From the sequence record SRR9188676_1426: a DNA stretch of 47,175 bases. One strand, written 5' to 3'. Each line of letters begins with the position of its first letter. Within the stretch, counting starts at the first letter, position 1. The translations under genes were made by a program, and so were the position numbers. This document shows positions 27,729 to 38,800 of this stretch, in pieces. The notes beneath the pieces were generated by a model. The model saw only the letters and a program-made list of their open reading frames with translations. It made no database searches and was not told the DNA's origin.

Positions 27729-28970
27729 ATGAAACTCCTCAGACAACTACTTGAAAGCATTCGTTTCGCATGGCAAGCCCTTCGAACTAATTTATTACGT
27801 ACCGTTCTATCGCTTTTGGGCGTAACGATTGGTATTTTTTCGATTGTTGCTGTTTTTACTTTTGTTGATTCGATGAACATGGGAATTCGTGAACAAATCG
27901 ACTCATTTGGTAAAGGAGTTGTTTATGTGGGCAAATGGCCTTGGGTAATGAGCAATAATTATCCTTGGTGGAAATACATCAATCGCCCAACTATGAAGTA
28001 CAATGAATTCAAGTATTTATCTGATAATCTTGAAAATTCTCAAGCAATTTCTATCATTGATGGCAGACAAACGACTTTGAAAAATGAGAATAATAGTATG
28101 GAAACTAGGCTTATGGGAGTAAGTCAAGATTATAACAAAATTTCAGATGTACTCGTAGAAAGTGGAAGATATTTTTTAAGTAATGAAACCGACAATTCGG
28201 CCTTCGTGGTAATTTTAGGAGCTTCTGTCAAGGAAGCTCTTTTCCCAAACCGAGGCGATGTCATTGGTGAAACTATTAAAATAAATGGCATCAAATTCAA
28301 AGTAATTGCCATGATGAAGAAAAAAGGAGAAGATTTGATTAGTTTGGGAGGCTCGCCAGATGATCAAGCATTTATTCCTTACACTACTTATGCCAGTTTA
28401 TTCCAAAAAGATCAACCAGAACCTGATATTGCTGTGAAAGCTTATGATTGGGATAAAGGACAAGAAACTTTGGAAGGTGAAGTAACAGGTTTGATGAGAA
28501 GTAGAAGAGGCTTGAAGCCAACGCAAGACAATAATTTTTCAATCAATAGACTTGATGGCGCTGTAAAATTCTTTGAATCAATTTTCGCAAGTATGAACGT
28601 TGGTGGTGGAATTATCGCACTCTTTTCTTTGTTGGTTGGTGGTTTTGGGATTGCAAATATCATGTTTGTTTCTGTAAAAGAACGAACAAATATTATTGGC
28701 ATTCAAAAATCATTAGGGGCAAAAAATTACTTCATTTTATTTCAGTTTTTGTTTGAAGCTGTATTTCTAAGTTTAATTGGCGGTGCGGTTGGAATATTTT
28801 TAGTATGGATGATGTCTTACATTAATTTTGGTTCGCTCAAATTGGTACTTACTTTTGGCAATGTGATGTTTGGCTTACTTACCGCTACATTTATTGGTGT
28901 ATTATCAGGCATCGTTCCAGCTTGGGTAGCAGCAAGATTAGATCCTGTAACAGCTATTCGTTCAAAGTAA
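27729..28970 (+). CDS. MacB/FtsX-family ABC transporter permease
   Basis: RTVLSLLGVTIGI TM, periplasmic domain, VGGFGIANIMFVSVKERT.IIG..K.LGA, PA..AARLDP. Confidence 0.9.
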   Translation: MKLLRQLLESIRFAWQALRTNLLRTVLSLLGVTIGIFSIVAVFTFVDSMNMGIREQIDSFGKGVVYVGKWPWVMSNNYPWWKYINRPTMKYNEFKYLSDNLENSQAISIIDGRQTTLKNENNSMETRLMGVSQDYNKISDVLVESGRYFLSNETDNSAFVVILGASVKEALFPNRGDVIGETIKINGIKFKVIAMMKKKGEDLISLGGSPDDQAFIPYTTYASLFQKDQPEPDIAVKAYDWDKGQETLEGEVTGLMRSRRGLKPTQDNNFSINRLDGAVKFFESIFASMNVGGGIIALFSLLVGGFGIANIMFVSVKERTNIIGIQKSLGAKNYFILFQFLFEAVFLSLIGGAVGIFLVWMMSYINFGSLKLVLTFGNVMFGLLTATFIGVLSGIVPAWVAARLDPVTAIRSK

Positions 28971-28991
28971 CAATAACATATATTAAAAATG

Positions 28992-29032
28992 AAAGAATTG
29001 AATATCTTTGTATATATTCAATTCTTTTTTTT
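28992..29032 (+). terminator. Intrinsic terminator after the permease, overlapping a TATCTTTG -7-like element
   Basis: AAAGAATTGAATAT / ATATTCAATTCTTT stem plus T-tract; TATCTTTG at 29003-29010. Confidence 0.65.
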
Positions 29033-29054
29033 GTACATCTAAACAGCTTTCATT

Positions 29055-29480
29055 ATGGCATTCAACAATCAAATAAATTCGGCAAAACAAGTAGCTATGA
29101 TTTTTATTAGACGATTATTCATTGGTGTGATAACACTTGGGGTGCTTGTGCTAATGTTTAGTTTTTTAATGACAAAAGTGGCTTATTCGGTTGGGGATAG
29201 AGCTGGAGTAATTTCTAAATTCTCTAAAAAAGGAGTACTTTTTAAAACTTATGAAGGAGAATTGAACGAGGGCGCTCAAGGGCAAATGGGCAATATGGTG
29301 AATCGACTTTGGGCTTTCACGGTAGATTCTGACGACCCAGCTGTGATTCAAAAATTAGAAGATGCTATGTTAACAGGAAGGCGTATCAAAGTACATTATG
29401 AACAACGTTATATGAAATTTTCTTGGATGGGCGATACTGAGTATTTTGTAACCGAGGTAGAAGAAGCCCCTTTAAAATAA
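29055..29480 (+). CDS. Hypothetical single-TM protein
   Basis: One TM helix, then YS.G.R.G...KFS.KG..FKTYEGEL and V.VHY...GDT.YF patterns; followed by a terminator; start may be the second Met. Confidence 0.75.
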   Translation: MAFNNQINSAKQVAMIFIRRLFIGVITLGVLVLMFSFLMTKVAYSVGDRAGVISKFSKKGVLFKTYEGELNEGAQGQMGNMVNRLWAFTVDSDDPAVIQKLEDAMLTGRRIKVHYEQRYMKFSWMGDTEYFVTEVEEAPLK

Positions 29481-29514
29481 AATAGAGAATAGTTTTGAAG
29501 CTATTCTCTATTTT
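29479..29514. terminator. Bidirectional terminator between the hypothetical gene and mdh
   Basis: AAAATAGAGAATAG / CTATTCTCTATTTT perfect 14-bp inverted repeat. Confidence 0.75.
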
Positions 29515-29533
29515 AGAGAGTGATAATTATTGA

Positions 29534-30472
29534 TTACAGATTCAATGTTGATAATACATTATTCATATTACGAACAGCATCTGCTGATTTAGCAAATAAA
29601 GCTTGTTCTGCATCATTCAATTTATAGTCTATGATTTTTTCCCATCCTGTTTTTCCTAACACTACTGGCACTCCCAAACAAATATCTGATTGTCCATACT
29701 CTCCTTCTAGGAAAACAGAACAAGGAATTACACGTTTTTCATCACGAATGATTGACTCAACAACTGATAAACTTGCTGCTCCTGGCGCATACCAAGCAGA
29801 AGTACCTAATAAGCCTGTTAATGTAGCACCACCAACCATTGTATCAGCAGCAACTTTCGTTAAAGTAGCTTCGTCTAAATAATCTGTAACAGGTGTACCA
29901 TTCCAAGTAGCTAAACGAGTTAAAGGAATCATCGTTGTATCACCGTGACCACCAATTACTGAACCGTGTAAATCGTTTGGAGATACATTCATCGCTAAAG
30001 ATAAATAGCATTTGAAACGAGCTGAATCTAAAGCACCACCCATACCGATAATACGATTTTTAGGTAAGCCAGAAGCTTTCAATGCCAAGTAAGTCATCGT
30101 ATCCATCGGATTCGATACAATTACGAAAATGGCATCTGGAGAATACTTTAGAATATTATCAACTACCGATTTTACAATTCCTGCATTTACTCCTATTAGT
30201 TCTTCACGAGTCATTCCCGGTTTACGTGGAAGCCCAGAAGTAATTACAACGACATCTGAATTAGCCGTTTTTGAATAATCGTTTGTAACACCCGTTAATT
30301 TAGTATCCCAGCCTAAAATAGCAGCTGTTTGAAACATATCTAGTGCTTTACCTTCTGCAAAGCCTTCCTTGATGTCAAGTAATACTACTTCAGAGGCTAA
30401 TTCTTTTCGGGCAATGTTATCAGCTGTGGTTGCACCCACTGCTCCTGCACCTACTACAGTTATTTTTGACAT
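29534..30472 (-). CDS. mdh: Malate dehydrogenase (LDH-like)
   Basis: VVGAGAVG, PRKPGMTREEL, VSNPMD, LDSARF, GGHGD; ATG 30472 preferred because the TTG at 30523 lies within a TACATTTG promoter element. Confidence 0.95.
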   Translation of the reverse strand: MSKITVVGAGAVGATTADNIARKELASEVVLLDIKEGFAEGKALDMFQTAAILGWDTKLTGVTNDYSKTANSDVVVITSGLPRKPGMTREELIGVNAGIVKSVVDNILKYSPDAIFVIVSNPMDTMTYLALKASGLPKNRIIGMGGALDSARFKCYLSLAMNVSPNDLHGSVIGGHGDTTMIPLTRLATWNGTPVTDYLDEATLTKVAADTMVGGATLTGLLGTSAWYAPGAASLSVVESIIRDEKRVIPCSVFLEGEYGQSDICLGVPVVLGKTGWEKIIDYKLNDAEQALFAKSADAVRNMNNVLSTLNL

Positions 30473-30520
30473 AATCGATTGTAAATTAATTGTTTTAGTA
30501 AATACGTTCAAAATCTTACG

Positions 30521-30610
30521 CAAATGTAAACCATTTGCTTATTCACTAACGGTTTATTACAAGTATTTTTTGTAGAATTCTTAGTAAAAGTTTGGTAAAT
30601 TGTATATTTG
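30521..30610. promoter_or_regulatory. Divergent -7 elements for mdh and the DUF1232 gene
   Basis: TACATTTG on minus (30528-30521) and TATATTTG on plus (30603-30610). Confidence 0.55.
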
Positions 30611-30665
30611 CTACGTTTTAAGGATATGTTCATTCATCGAAGTTTTAAAATTAATCCCATAAATT

Positions 30666-31100
30666 ATGAATAATGAAGACTTAGTTGGCAGAATTCTAAA
30701 ATCTGTTTTTTTTAAAACTGCTACCAAAAAGGCTGGAAAATATGCTGGTACTGGCTTGGCTGTCCTTGAATTATTAAGAGAGGCACTCATTAAAGCTAAA
30801 GATATTGCTAAAAACGAAAATAAAGGTATTGGTCAAGTACTGGCAGAAAGAATTACAACGTTAAGTAGAATGGTGAAAGCTTATGCAACGGGTCAATATA
30901 GAATTATTCCTTGGGCAACCATCTTAAAAGTAATTGCTGGACTGATTTATTTTATTTCACCGATTGATTTAATTCCTGATTTTTTACCTTTAGTGGGTTT
31001 GTCTGATGATTTGGCTTTAGTAATGTGGCTATTTACTTCTTTAAAAACTGACATTGATAATTTTATTGCTTGGGAAAAAGGAGAATTAATTCCTGAATAA
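30666..31100 (+). CDS. YkvA/DUF1232 family membrane protein
   Basis: YFISPIDLIPDFLPLVGLSDD signature. Confidence 0.88.
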   Translation: MNNEDLVGRILKSVFFKTATKKAGKYAGTGLAVLELLREALIKAKDIAKNENKGIGQVLAERITTLSRMVKAYATGQYRIIPWATILKVIAGLIYFISPIDLIPDFLPLVGLSDDLALVMWLFTSLKTDIDNFIAWEKGELIPE

Positions 31101-31208
31101 AGCTTTACAAGGCTCTGTATGCTTTTATATAGAAAGAAAAACTAAATCGTAAAATCTAAAATCTAAAATCATTGCTTATCTTTACGCAAATATTTAATAA
31201 CTAAGGAC

Positions 31209-31418
31209 ATGATACTGACTTCAATTTATCTAATTTTCAACATGGGCGGTCCAGAATTAATTTTGGTTGGTTTAGCTGTGTTGTTATTTTTCGGTGGTAA
31301 AAAATTACCAGAATTAATGAAAGGTTTGGGCAAAGGCATCAAAGAATTCAAAGAAGCACAAAAGGACGTTACGGAACAGATTACTAAGGGCTTAGAAGAC
31401 GATACAAATACAAAATAG
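31209..31418 (+). CDS. tatA: Twin-arginine translocase TatA/E subunit
   Basis: LLFFGGKKLPELMKGLGKGIKEFK. Confidence 0.93.
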   Translation: MILTSIYLIFNMGGPELILVGLAVLLFFGGKKLPELMKGLGKGIKEFKEAQKDVTEQITKGLEDDTNTK

Positions 31419-31435
31419 TATTAAAGTATTTTAGC

Positions 31436-31480
31436 AAGAGCATAGTTGAGATAATTTTCTTCTCTCAACTATGCTTTTGT
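31436..31480 (+). terminator. Intrinsic terminator after tatA
   Basis: AGCATAGTTGAGA / TCTCAACTATGCT stem plus T-rich tail. Confidence 0.75.
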
Positions 31481-31583
31481 TTTGTTAATAGATTAGTTTT
31501 TTGAATACTTCTCAAAAAATTACAGTTCGATAGTGTTCTTATTCAGATAAGCTATTGCAATTACACTAAATTTAAAATCATTC

Positions 31584-33002
31584 ATGAAAGTATATTCAAC
31601 CTTAAAAGATATCCAAGCAGACCTTTATGCTGGTAACATTACCTGTCGCCAGTTAGTAGAGTTCTATTTGAAAAATATTGAGGAGAAGAACAACACATTA
31701 AACGCCTTTTTATCTGTTTTTGACCAAGAAGCCTTGGAAAAAGCCGATGAAATTGATGCCAAAATCAAAGCAGGAACAGCCAAGAAATTAGCAGGAATGG
31801 TTTTGGGCATCAAAGATTTACTTTGCTATAAAGACCATACTTCACAAGCTGGAAGTAGAATTTTAGATGGTTTTGAATCTCAATTTACAGCAACCGCTGT
31901 TCAAAGAGTAATAGATGAAGATGCCATTATTATTGGCAGACAAAATTGTGATGAATTTGGAATGGGTTCTACTAATGAGAACTCTGCTTTTGGACCATGT
32001 TTAAATGCTGTAGGTGAAAACCGTGTAGCTGGTGGTTCTTCTGGAGGTTCTGCCGTAGCTGTTCAAGCAGATATGTGTTTGGCTTCACTTGGTACTGATA
32101 CGGGTGGTTCTGTGAGAATGCCTGCGGGTTTTTGCGGCTTGGTTGGTTTAAAACCTACTTATACAAGAGTTTCTCGTTGGGGTTTGATTGCATACGCTTC
32201 TTCCTTCGACTGCATTGGCCCAATCACAAAATCCGTTGAAGATGCTGCTATTTTGTTAGAAATAATCGCTGGAAAAGATGAACAAGATAGTACAGTTTCC
32301 AACGAAAAAGTAGCTTCTTACACCGCTTTTCAAACAGAAAAGAAAACATATAAAATTGGTTACTTAAAAGAAGCAGTAGAAAGCGAAGGTTTACAACCAG
32401 AAGTAAAAGCTGCAACTTTAGCCAAATTAGCGTATTTAAAAGCACAAGGACATGAAGTTGAAGCGGTGGACTTTCCATTGATTAAGTACTTCTTGCCAAC
32501 TTATTATACGCTTACAACAGCCGAAGCAAGTTCAAATTTATCAAGATTTGATGGCGTTCGTTACGGGCATAGAAGTGCTGAAGCGACAGATTTAATTTCT
32601 CTTTATAAAAAATCTAGGTTTGAAGGTTTTGGGAAAGAAACTCGTAAAAGAATTATGCTTGGCACTTTCGTTTTAAGTGCAAGTTATTACGATGCGTATT
32701 ATACGAAAGCACAAAAAATCAGAAGATTAATCAAAGAATTTACAGATAATTTATTAACTGAATACGACTTTTTGGTTTGTCCAACCACGCCAACAACTGC
32801 CTATAAATTAGGAGAAAAAACAGCTGACCCTATTCAAATGTACTTGGGCGATTTGTTCACTGTTCAAGCAAATGTGGTGGGTTTACCTGCGATTTCTATT
32901 CCTAATGGTGTAGATAATGATGGAATGCCAATCGGTTTTCAAATCATGGCAGGGGCTTTTGAGGAAGCTGAATTGTTAACTTTTGCAAAATTAATTGCTT
33001 AA
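31584..33002 (+). CDS. gatA: Asp/Glu-tRNA amidotransferase subunit A
   Basis: Amidase signature IKD, DEFGMGS, GGSSGGS, GTDTGGSVR; SSNLSRFDGVRYG, RIMLGTFVLS. Confidence 0.95.
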   Translation: MKVYSTLKDIQADLYAGNITCRQLVEFYLKNIEEKNNTLNAFLSVFDQEALEKADEIDAKIKAGTAKKLAGMVLGIKDLLCYKDHTSQAGSRILDGFESQFTATAVQRVIDEDAIIIGRQNCDEFGMGSTNENSAFGPCLNAVGENRVAGGSSGGSAVAVQADMCLASLGTDTGGSVRMPAGFCGLVGLKPTYTRVSRWGLIAYASSFDCIGPITKSVEDAAILLEIIAGKDEQDSTVSNEKVASYTAFQTEKKTYKIGYLKEAVESEGLQPEVKAATLAKLAYLKAQGHEVEAVDFPLIKYFLPTYYTLTTAEASSNLSRFDGVRYGHRSAEATDLISLYKKSRFEGFGKETRKRIMLGTFVLSASYYDAYYTKAQKIRRLIKEFTDNLLTEYDFLVCPTTPTTAYKLGEKTADPIQMYLGDLFTVQANVVGLPAISIPNGVDNDGMPIGFQIMAGAFEEAELLTFAKLIA

Positions 33003-33050
33003 CGCAAATCTTTTTTCAAAACTTAACACGCTGATTTATTTATCATTATA

Positions 33051-33104
33051 AAAATGTATCGCTTATAAACCTTTATAAATAAGGATAAGCGATACATTTT
33101 TTTT
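33051..33104 (+). terminator. Intrinsic terminator after gatA
   Basis: AAAATGTATCGCTTAT / ATAAGCGATACATTTT stem plus T-tract. Confidence 0.75.
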
Positions 33105-33308
33105 GAATAATCTTGAACAAGTTATAGATTGTGTCGATGATATAAATATTTATTTTATAAAAAAGGACATTGCTCCTTTCTTATAATAAGACAATACATT
33201 CTTTCATAAACACAATAAATCATTCGTTTTTTTAGTTAAAAATATTTAGCTTTGTAATTGTATTTTTTTGTGTTAACCCTTTTTTAAAGATAGACTAATC
33301 CTTACCGT

Positions 33309-34850
33309 ATGACACTCGCCACTTTTAGAACATTCTGTATTGGTTGTTTACTTTCAGTAAGCACATTTACAAATGCCCAAATAACAGCAGGTTCGGAACA
33401 GCAAACTGCTACCACTGATACCGCTACGGTAACTATTCAACAAGTCGTGACGCCAGAACCTACTTGGCTAATTGACCCAAAAACAGTTGAACCACGTCTA
33501 GGAGCTTTACAAAAAGAGATTCCTCTTACTTATAATACTGTCACTCATCAATTTGTAGAATACTTTGCTTACCGCAAACCTTCGTTTACTAAAACAATGC
33601 TTGAACGCAAAGGTGTGTTTTTCCCACTTTATGAAAAATACTTAAAAAAATACGGTCTTCCAGATGAATTAAAATATTTATCATTAATCGAATCAGGATT
33701 AAATCCAAAAGTAATTTCAAGGGCTGGTGCTGGCGGTCTTTGGCAATTTATGCCTAAAACTGCTAAATTAGACTTTGGTTTGAAAATGGATGAGTACGTT
33801 GACGAACGTTTTGACCCAGAAAAAGCAACAGAAGCCGCTTGTAAATACATGCGTCAATTATATAACATTTTTGGTGATTGGCATTTAGTATTAGCTGCTT
33901 ATAATACCGGACCGGGTAATGTGCGTAGAGCAATTCGTAAATGTAATGGCGGACAAACTTTTTGGTCTATCTACAATTGCTTACCCCGTGAAACCAGAGC
34001 TTATGTACCTCAATATATCGGGATTCTTTATATGATGCACCACGCTGATTCGCATGATATTTATGCTGAAAATATTGAAACAGCAATTCCTCATGATACA
34101 ATTGTTTTAAATACTTATATTGATTTAGATAAATTTGCGACCTTGAGTAACATTAATTTAGAAGAAATTCAAAAATTAAATCCGCAAATTTTAACGCATA
34201 TTTTGCCTGCTCGTACTCGTAATTTTCAATTAAAATTGCCAAAAAGTGAAATGGCTTTTTTCAGAGAAAACCGTCAGTCAATTCTTGATTCTGCTACCAA
34301 AATTCCTTCAACTTTGATTGAGAAAGTAATGCAGACTCCGGGCGTAGTTTTGGCAAGTAACAAAAACGAGGATACCACAAATACTTTCCAACAAACTTTA
34401 GCTTCGATTCCTAACGAAACCAGAACGGTTTTCACAAGAGAAATTGTGGAAGATGATATGGAAGACGTTGTGATTAACAAAAAGCCTAAGAAAACGACTT
34501 ATATCGTTAAAAAGAAAGACAATTTGCATCAAATTGCTGAGCATTTTGATGTAGATGTGTACGACATCAAACACTGGAATCATCTTGCCAATACGACCAT
34601 CCAACCGGGTCAAAAACTAATCATTTTCAAAGAATCTGCGGTTTCGACAACAGTAAAATATGCTCGTTCAAACCAGAAAGAAAAAGAAAATGTAAGCAAA
34701 GGCAAAATACGTTTTCATAATGTTCAAGATGGCGATACACTATGGAATATTTCTCAACGTTACGGAGGAATTTCAATCGACAAATTGAAAAAATTAAATG
34801 GAATTAAAAACAATGTTGTAAAAGCAGGGATGAAACTAAGAGTTTCATAA
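33309..34850 (+). CDS. mltD: MltD-like lytic transglycosylase with two LysM domains
   Basis: IESGLNP, AGGLWQFM, AAYNTG, ETRAYV; LysM repeats; upstream TAGCTTTG at 33247-33254. Confidence 0.88.
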   Translation: MTLATFRTFCIGCLLSVSTFTNAQITAGSEQQTATTDTATVTIQQVVTPEPTWLIDPKTVEPRLGALQKEIPLTYNTVTHQFVEYFAYRKPSFTKTMLERKGVFFPLYEKYLKKYGLPDELKYLSLIESGLNPKVISRAGAGGLWQFMPKTAKLDFGLKMDEYVDERFDPEKATEAACKYMRQLYNIFGDWHLVLAAYNTGPGNVRRAIRKCNGGQTFWSIYNCLPRETRAYVPQYIGILYMMHHADSHDIYAENIETAIPHDTIVLNTYIDLDKFATLSNINLEEIQKLNPQILTHILPARTRNFQLKLPKSEMAFFRENRQSILDSATKIPSTLIEKVMQTPGVVLASNKNEDTTNTFQQTLASIPNETRTVFTREIVEDDMEDVVINKKPKKTTYIVKKKDNLHQIAEHFDVDVYDIKHWNHLANTTIQPGQKLIIFKESAVSTTVKYARSNQKEKENVSKGKIRFHNVQDGDTLWNISQRYGGISIDKLKKLNGIKNNVVKAGMKLRVS

Positions 34851-34873
34851 TAATTCCAAGAGACAAGATATTT

Positions 34874-34909
34874 AAAAGTCCGCATGACATTTGAGTTATG
34901 CGGACTTTT
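34874..34909 (+). terminator. Intrinsic terminator after mltD
   Basis: AAAAGTCCGCAT / ATGCGGACTTTT stem; followed by TATTTTTG (34913-34920), a likely ruvA -7 element. Confidence 0.75.
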
Positions 34910-35005
34910 GCGTATTTTTGAAGCTATCAATTCTATTCATAAAGGCAATTGAAGCACAACAAAATTGATTGTTGTAGCTCTTTTTCCAATAATTCAACAC
35001 ATTAA

Positions 35006-35599
35006 ATGATCGCCTACATTGACGGTAAATTAACTTATAAAGACCCTGCTTACGTTATTATTGATGTAAATGGTGTTGGTTATGAAATAAAGATTTCACT
35101 GCAAACTTACGCTGCTTTACAAGACGGAACCGAGCGTTGTAAACTTTTCACTTACTTAAATATTCGAGAGGATGCTCATATTTTATATGGGTTTAAAGAG
35201 CAAGAAGAAAAATTACTTTTCTTAGATTTAGTAAGTGTTTCTGGGATTGGTCCGAATACCGCTTTGGTCATGCTTTCATCAATGTCTTCGGCAGAAATTC
35301 GTCATGCTTTAATGAATGAAGACGTAAAAACTATACAAAGTATCAAAGGTATTGGTGCAAAAACAGCACAAAGAGCGATTATCGAATTGAAAGATAAGCT
35401 TAGAAAAGAGCAAATGTTAGGTTCTTCTTCACCTTCAATTTTCCCAACACAAAACAACAAAGTAAGAAACGAAGCATTAGCCGCCTTGGTTACTTTAGGT
35501 ATTCCTAAAAATGTGGCAGAGAAAAGTATCGATGCAATTTTGAAGAAAGAAGGAACTGAAATTACCGTAGAACAATTAATTAAAATGGCTTTACGATAA
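35006..35599 (+). CDS. ruvA: Holliday junction branch migration protein RuvA
   Basis: VNGVGYE, REDA..LYGF, VSGIGP, IKGIGAKTAQR..IELK, EALAALVTLG. Confidence 0.96.
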   Translation: MIAYIDGKLTYKDPAYVIIDVNGVGYEIKISLQTYAALQDGTERCKLFTYLNIREDAHILYGFKEQEEKLLFLDLVSVSGIGPNTALVMLSSMSSAEIRHALMNEDVKTIQSIKGIGAKTAQRAIIELKDKLRKEQMLGSSSPSIFPTQNNKVRNEALAALVTLGIPKNVAEKSIDAILKKEGTEITVEQLIKMALR

Positions 35600-35863
35600 C
35601 TTTAAGCATGTGTGCAAACACTTAATACTTCAAAAAATAATATTATTTAAAAATATTGAGTGGCTATTTCTCGTTTGAAGTTCAGCAAGCAGCTTTTATT
35701 CCTCTAACATAAATTCCCTTGCTGTACTTCTCTATTAAAAATTTAATGTTGTTTTAAGAAAAATTTAAACGAATAACATTCCGTTTACTCATTGACAAAT
35801 TATTCTTAAAAAATACCACATCAATTAAAATACTTAGGTATTTGAACATCAAGCTACTTAACT

Positions 35864-38800
35864 GTGCAACGAAAAAAGTTTTACTTACTTTCTGGAGGGT
35901 TAATATTGTCTGTTTTTGCTTCTCTTGCATGGGTTTCACCGATGCGAGGCACCGCTTATCAGCTGACAAATAAAAACGCAAGAGTTATATTTTCTTCTTA
36001 CTTAGCGGATACTCTAAAAAAATCTGGGAGGCGTCCTCGTTATAAATTAAAAGACCGTTACGCTAACCGTTTCACGAATAAAACGGCAACTTCTCCTTTT
36101 AGCCCCAAAGATTCTAAGGAATTAAATACTGAATTTAGGTTAGATTCCTCTGGAAAAATTTCTGTTTACGAAAAAATCAGAGGGCTTTCAGACAATACTC
36201 AATATCGCCCAGCCGAACAAATCAGCATTAAAGATTATTCTACGCTACAAGAAAATCGTTTTATGCGAGATTATTGGCGGAAATACGCTGCCGCTCAAGA
36301 TGGTAAAGACGATACCAAAGGGCGAGGTTTATTACCAAAAATAGAACTACCTCCTGCCATTGACCGTATTTTCGGAGGCGCACAAGTTGATTTTAAGCCC
36401 AACGGGAATATTTTACTTGACATCGGTTACATCGGACAATTCATTGATAATCCAGCGATTCCAGTTCAACAACGATATATCGGAAATCTTAATTTTACAG
36501 AACAGGCTCAGATAAATTTTCAAGGAAAAATTGGCGATAAATTAAACATCAATACCAATTTCGATACCAAAGCAAGTTTCAATTTTCAGAATCAACTTAA
36601 ATTAAACTGGAGAACTAACGAAGAAGACATTTTACAAAATATAGAAGTTGGAAATACTTCTTGGCAATTAAATAGTCAACTTATTCCCGGAGTGCAAAAT
36701 CTTTTTGGTTTAAAAACCTTGATGCGTTTTGGAAATTTGGATGTAACTACTGTTTTAGCTCAGCAACGTTCAAAACAAGATTGTATCACACTCAGAGGTG
36801 GAAGTCAAGGTAAAAACTTTGAAATCAAAGCAAGTGCTTATGATGAAAACAGACATTTCTTCCTTTCTACTTTTTTCAGAAATAATTACGAACGCTCTTT
36901 AAAAAATCTTCCAATTATTACTTCTGGTATCACGATTACTCGTGTAGAAGTATATGTTACCAACAGAACGCAAAGCCCTGAAACACTGAGAAATTTAGTG
37001 GCTTTTTCTGATTTGGGTGAAGCCAATCCTTATAACAAAACGAGTAAATACATTCGGCCTTTTAATGGAAGTACGCAAACACCAGTTGATAATGCTAACA
37101 ACGGTTTGTATGCTGCTACCAGAGCCGATGCAGAAGTAAGAAAAGCCGACCAAGCTACATTTAGATTACAAAACGAATTTGGTTTATCGAAAGGAACTGA
37201 CTTCGATTTACTTCGTGGAGCAAAACGTTTGTCGGATAGAGAATATAAATTCAGTCCAGAATTAGGATATATTTCATTGATTACACCATTGCGTAATGAT
37301 GAAGTGTTGGCGGTTTCTTATGAATATACTTTAAATGGACAAAGACACCAAGTTGGTGAATTGACAGAAGATTATCAAGACCAAGCTGATGATAAAGTAT
37401 TGATTTTAAAAATGTTGAAATCATCAACAGTTCGTAACAATTTGGAGCATCCGATGTGGGATTTGATGATGAAAAACGTGTATTCGCTTAATACACAACA
37501 ATTATCAAAACAAGCTTTTCAATTAAGAGTAGTTTATAAAGACGATCAAACAGGTGTTGATAATCCAAATTTACAAGAAGGTAGAAAGTTAAAAGACGTT
37601 CCTTTAATTAGAGTATTAGGACTTGATAAACTTAATCAAAACGGTGATGCTCAAGTGGATGGTAATTTTGACTTTGTAGAAGGAGTAACAATTGACAGCA
37701 AAAATGCCAAAGTGATTTTTCCTGTGTTGGAGCCTTTCGGTTCAACCTTGCAAAAACAATTTGATGTTGATGAAGTACAATTAGTTGACAAATATGTTTT
37801 CGACAAACTTTATAGAAGCACACAAACCGATGCTGCACAGTTAACAAGTAAAGATAAATTTTTCTTGAAAGGAAGTTATCAATCTGCTGGCGGTGGTGAT
37901 GTTTCTTTGCCAATTGGTGTTGATGCAAAATCTGTACAAGTATCAGCAGGTGGCGTGCCTTTAGCAGCTGGAACAGATTATATCGTTGAGCCACAATCTG
38001 GAAGAGTAAGAATTTTGAATGTTGGTGTTTCAAATTCAGGACGTGAAATTAAAATTTGTTACGAAAAACCTGATTTGTTCAATAATCAAATCAGAACACT
38101 TTTAGGGACACATTTGGATTATACTGTTGGACAAAACTTCCATTTGGGTGCTACAATCCAGCACATGAAGGAAAGTCCACCGAACTTTTTGACAAGAGTA
38201 CAAATCGGTAATGAACCTGTCAACAATACTATTTTCGGGTTTGATGCTGCCATTCAACGTCCTTCAAAATTCTTAACAAAATTAGTTGATGCTTTGCCAT
38301 TGATTTCTACTAAAGAAACTTCTGGCATTGATTTTCAAGGTGAATTTGCACAACTGATTCCTTCAGTTAACAACGACGTACAAGGAAATGCCTTTATTGA
38401 TGATTTTGAAGTAGCCAGAAATGTATTTAGTTTGAGCAACCAAGCAACTGCTTGGAAACCCGGAGCAACACCTTTGATGTTCCCACAAGGTTCTCCCAAT
38501 AGTTTAGAAAGTGGTTTCAAAAGAGCAAAAATTTCAGCTTACATTGCAGATTTTAGTTTGTATGGAAACAATGGCTCAAACATCAACGTACCAGGCTTAA
38601 ATGCAGAAGAGTCGGGAAAATATGCCTATGAAAGAGCTGTTTCGATTACAAGTCTATTTCCAAATCGTCAGTTAGCCAATAACATTACGGGTATTCCTTT
38701 GGGCGTACTTGATGTAGCTTATTTCCCTTCAGAAAGAGGTATTTATAACTTTTCGACCAGTCTGACTGACAGAGGTTTTCTAAATAATCCAACTCAAAAC

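Noticed and set aside
31209-31418. Functional link between tatA and the Tat-signal GH106
   Set aside because: tatA is 25 kb away in core-gene context, so the proximity is probably coincidental.
31584-33002. gatA without adjacent gatB/gatC
   Set aside because: Dispersed gat genes and the tatA-gatA-transglycosylase order are ordinary in Bacteroidota.
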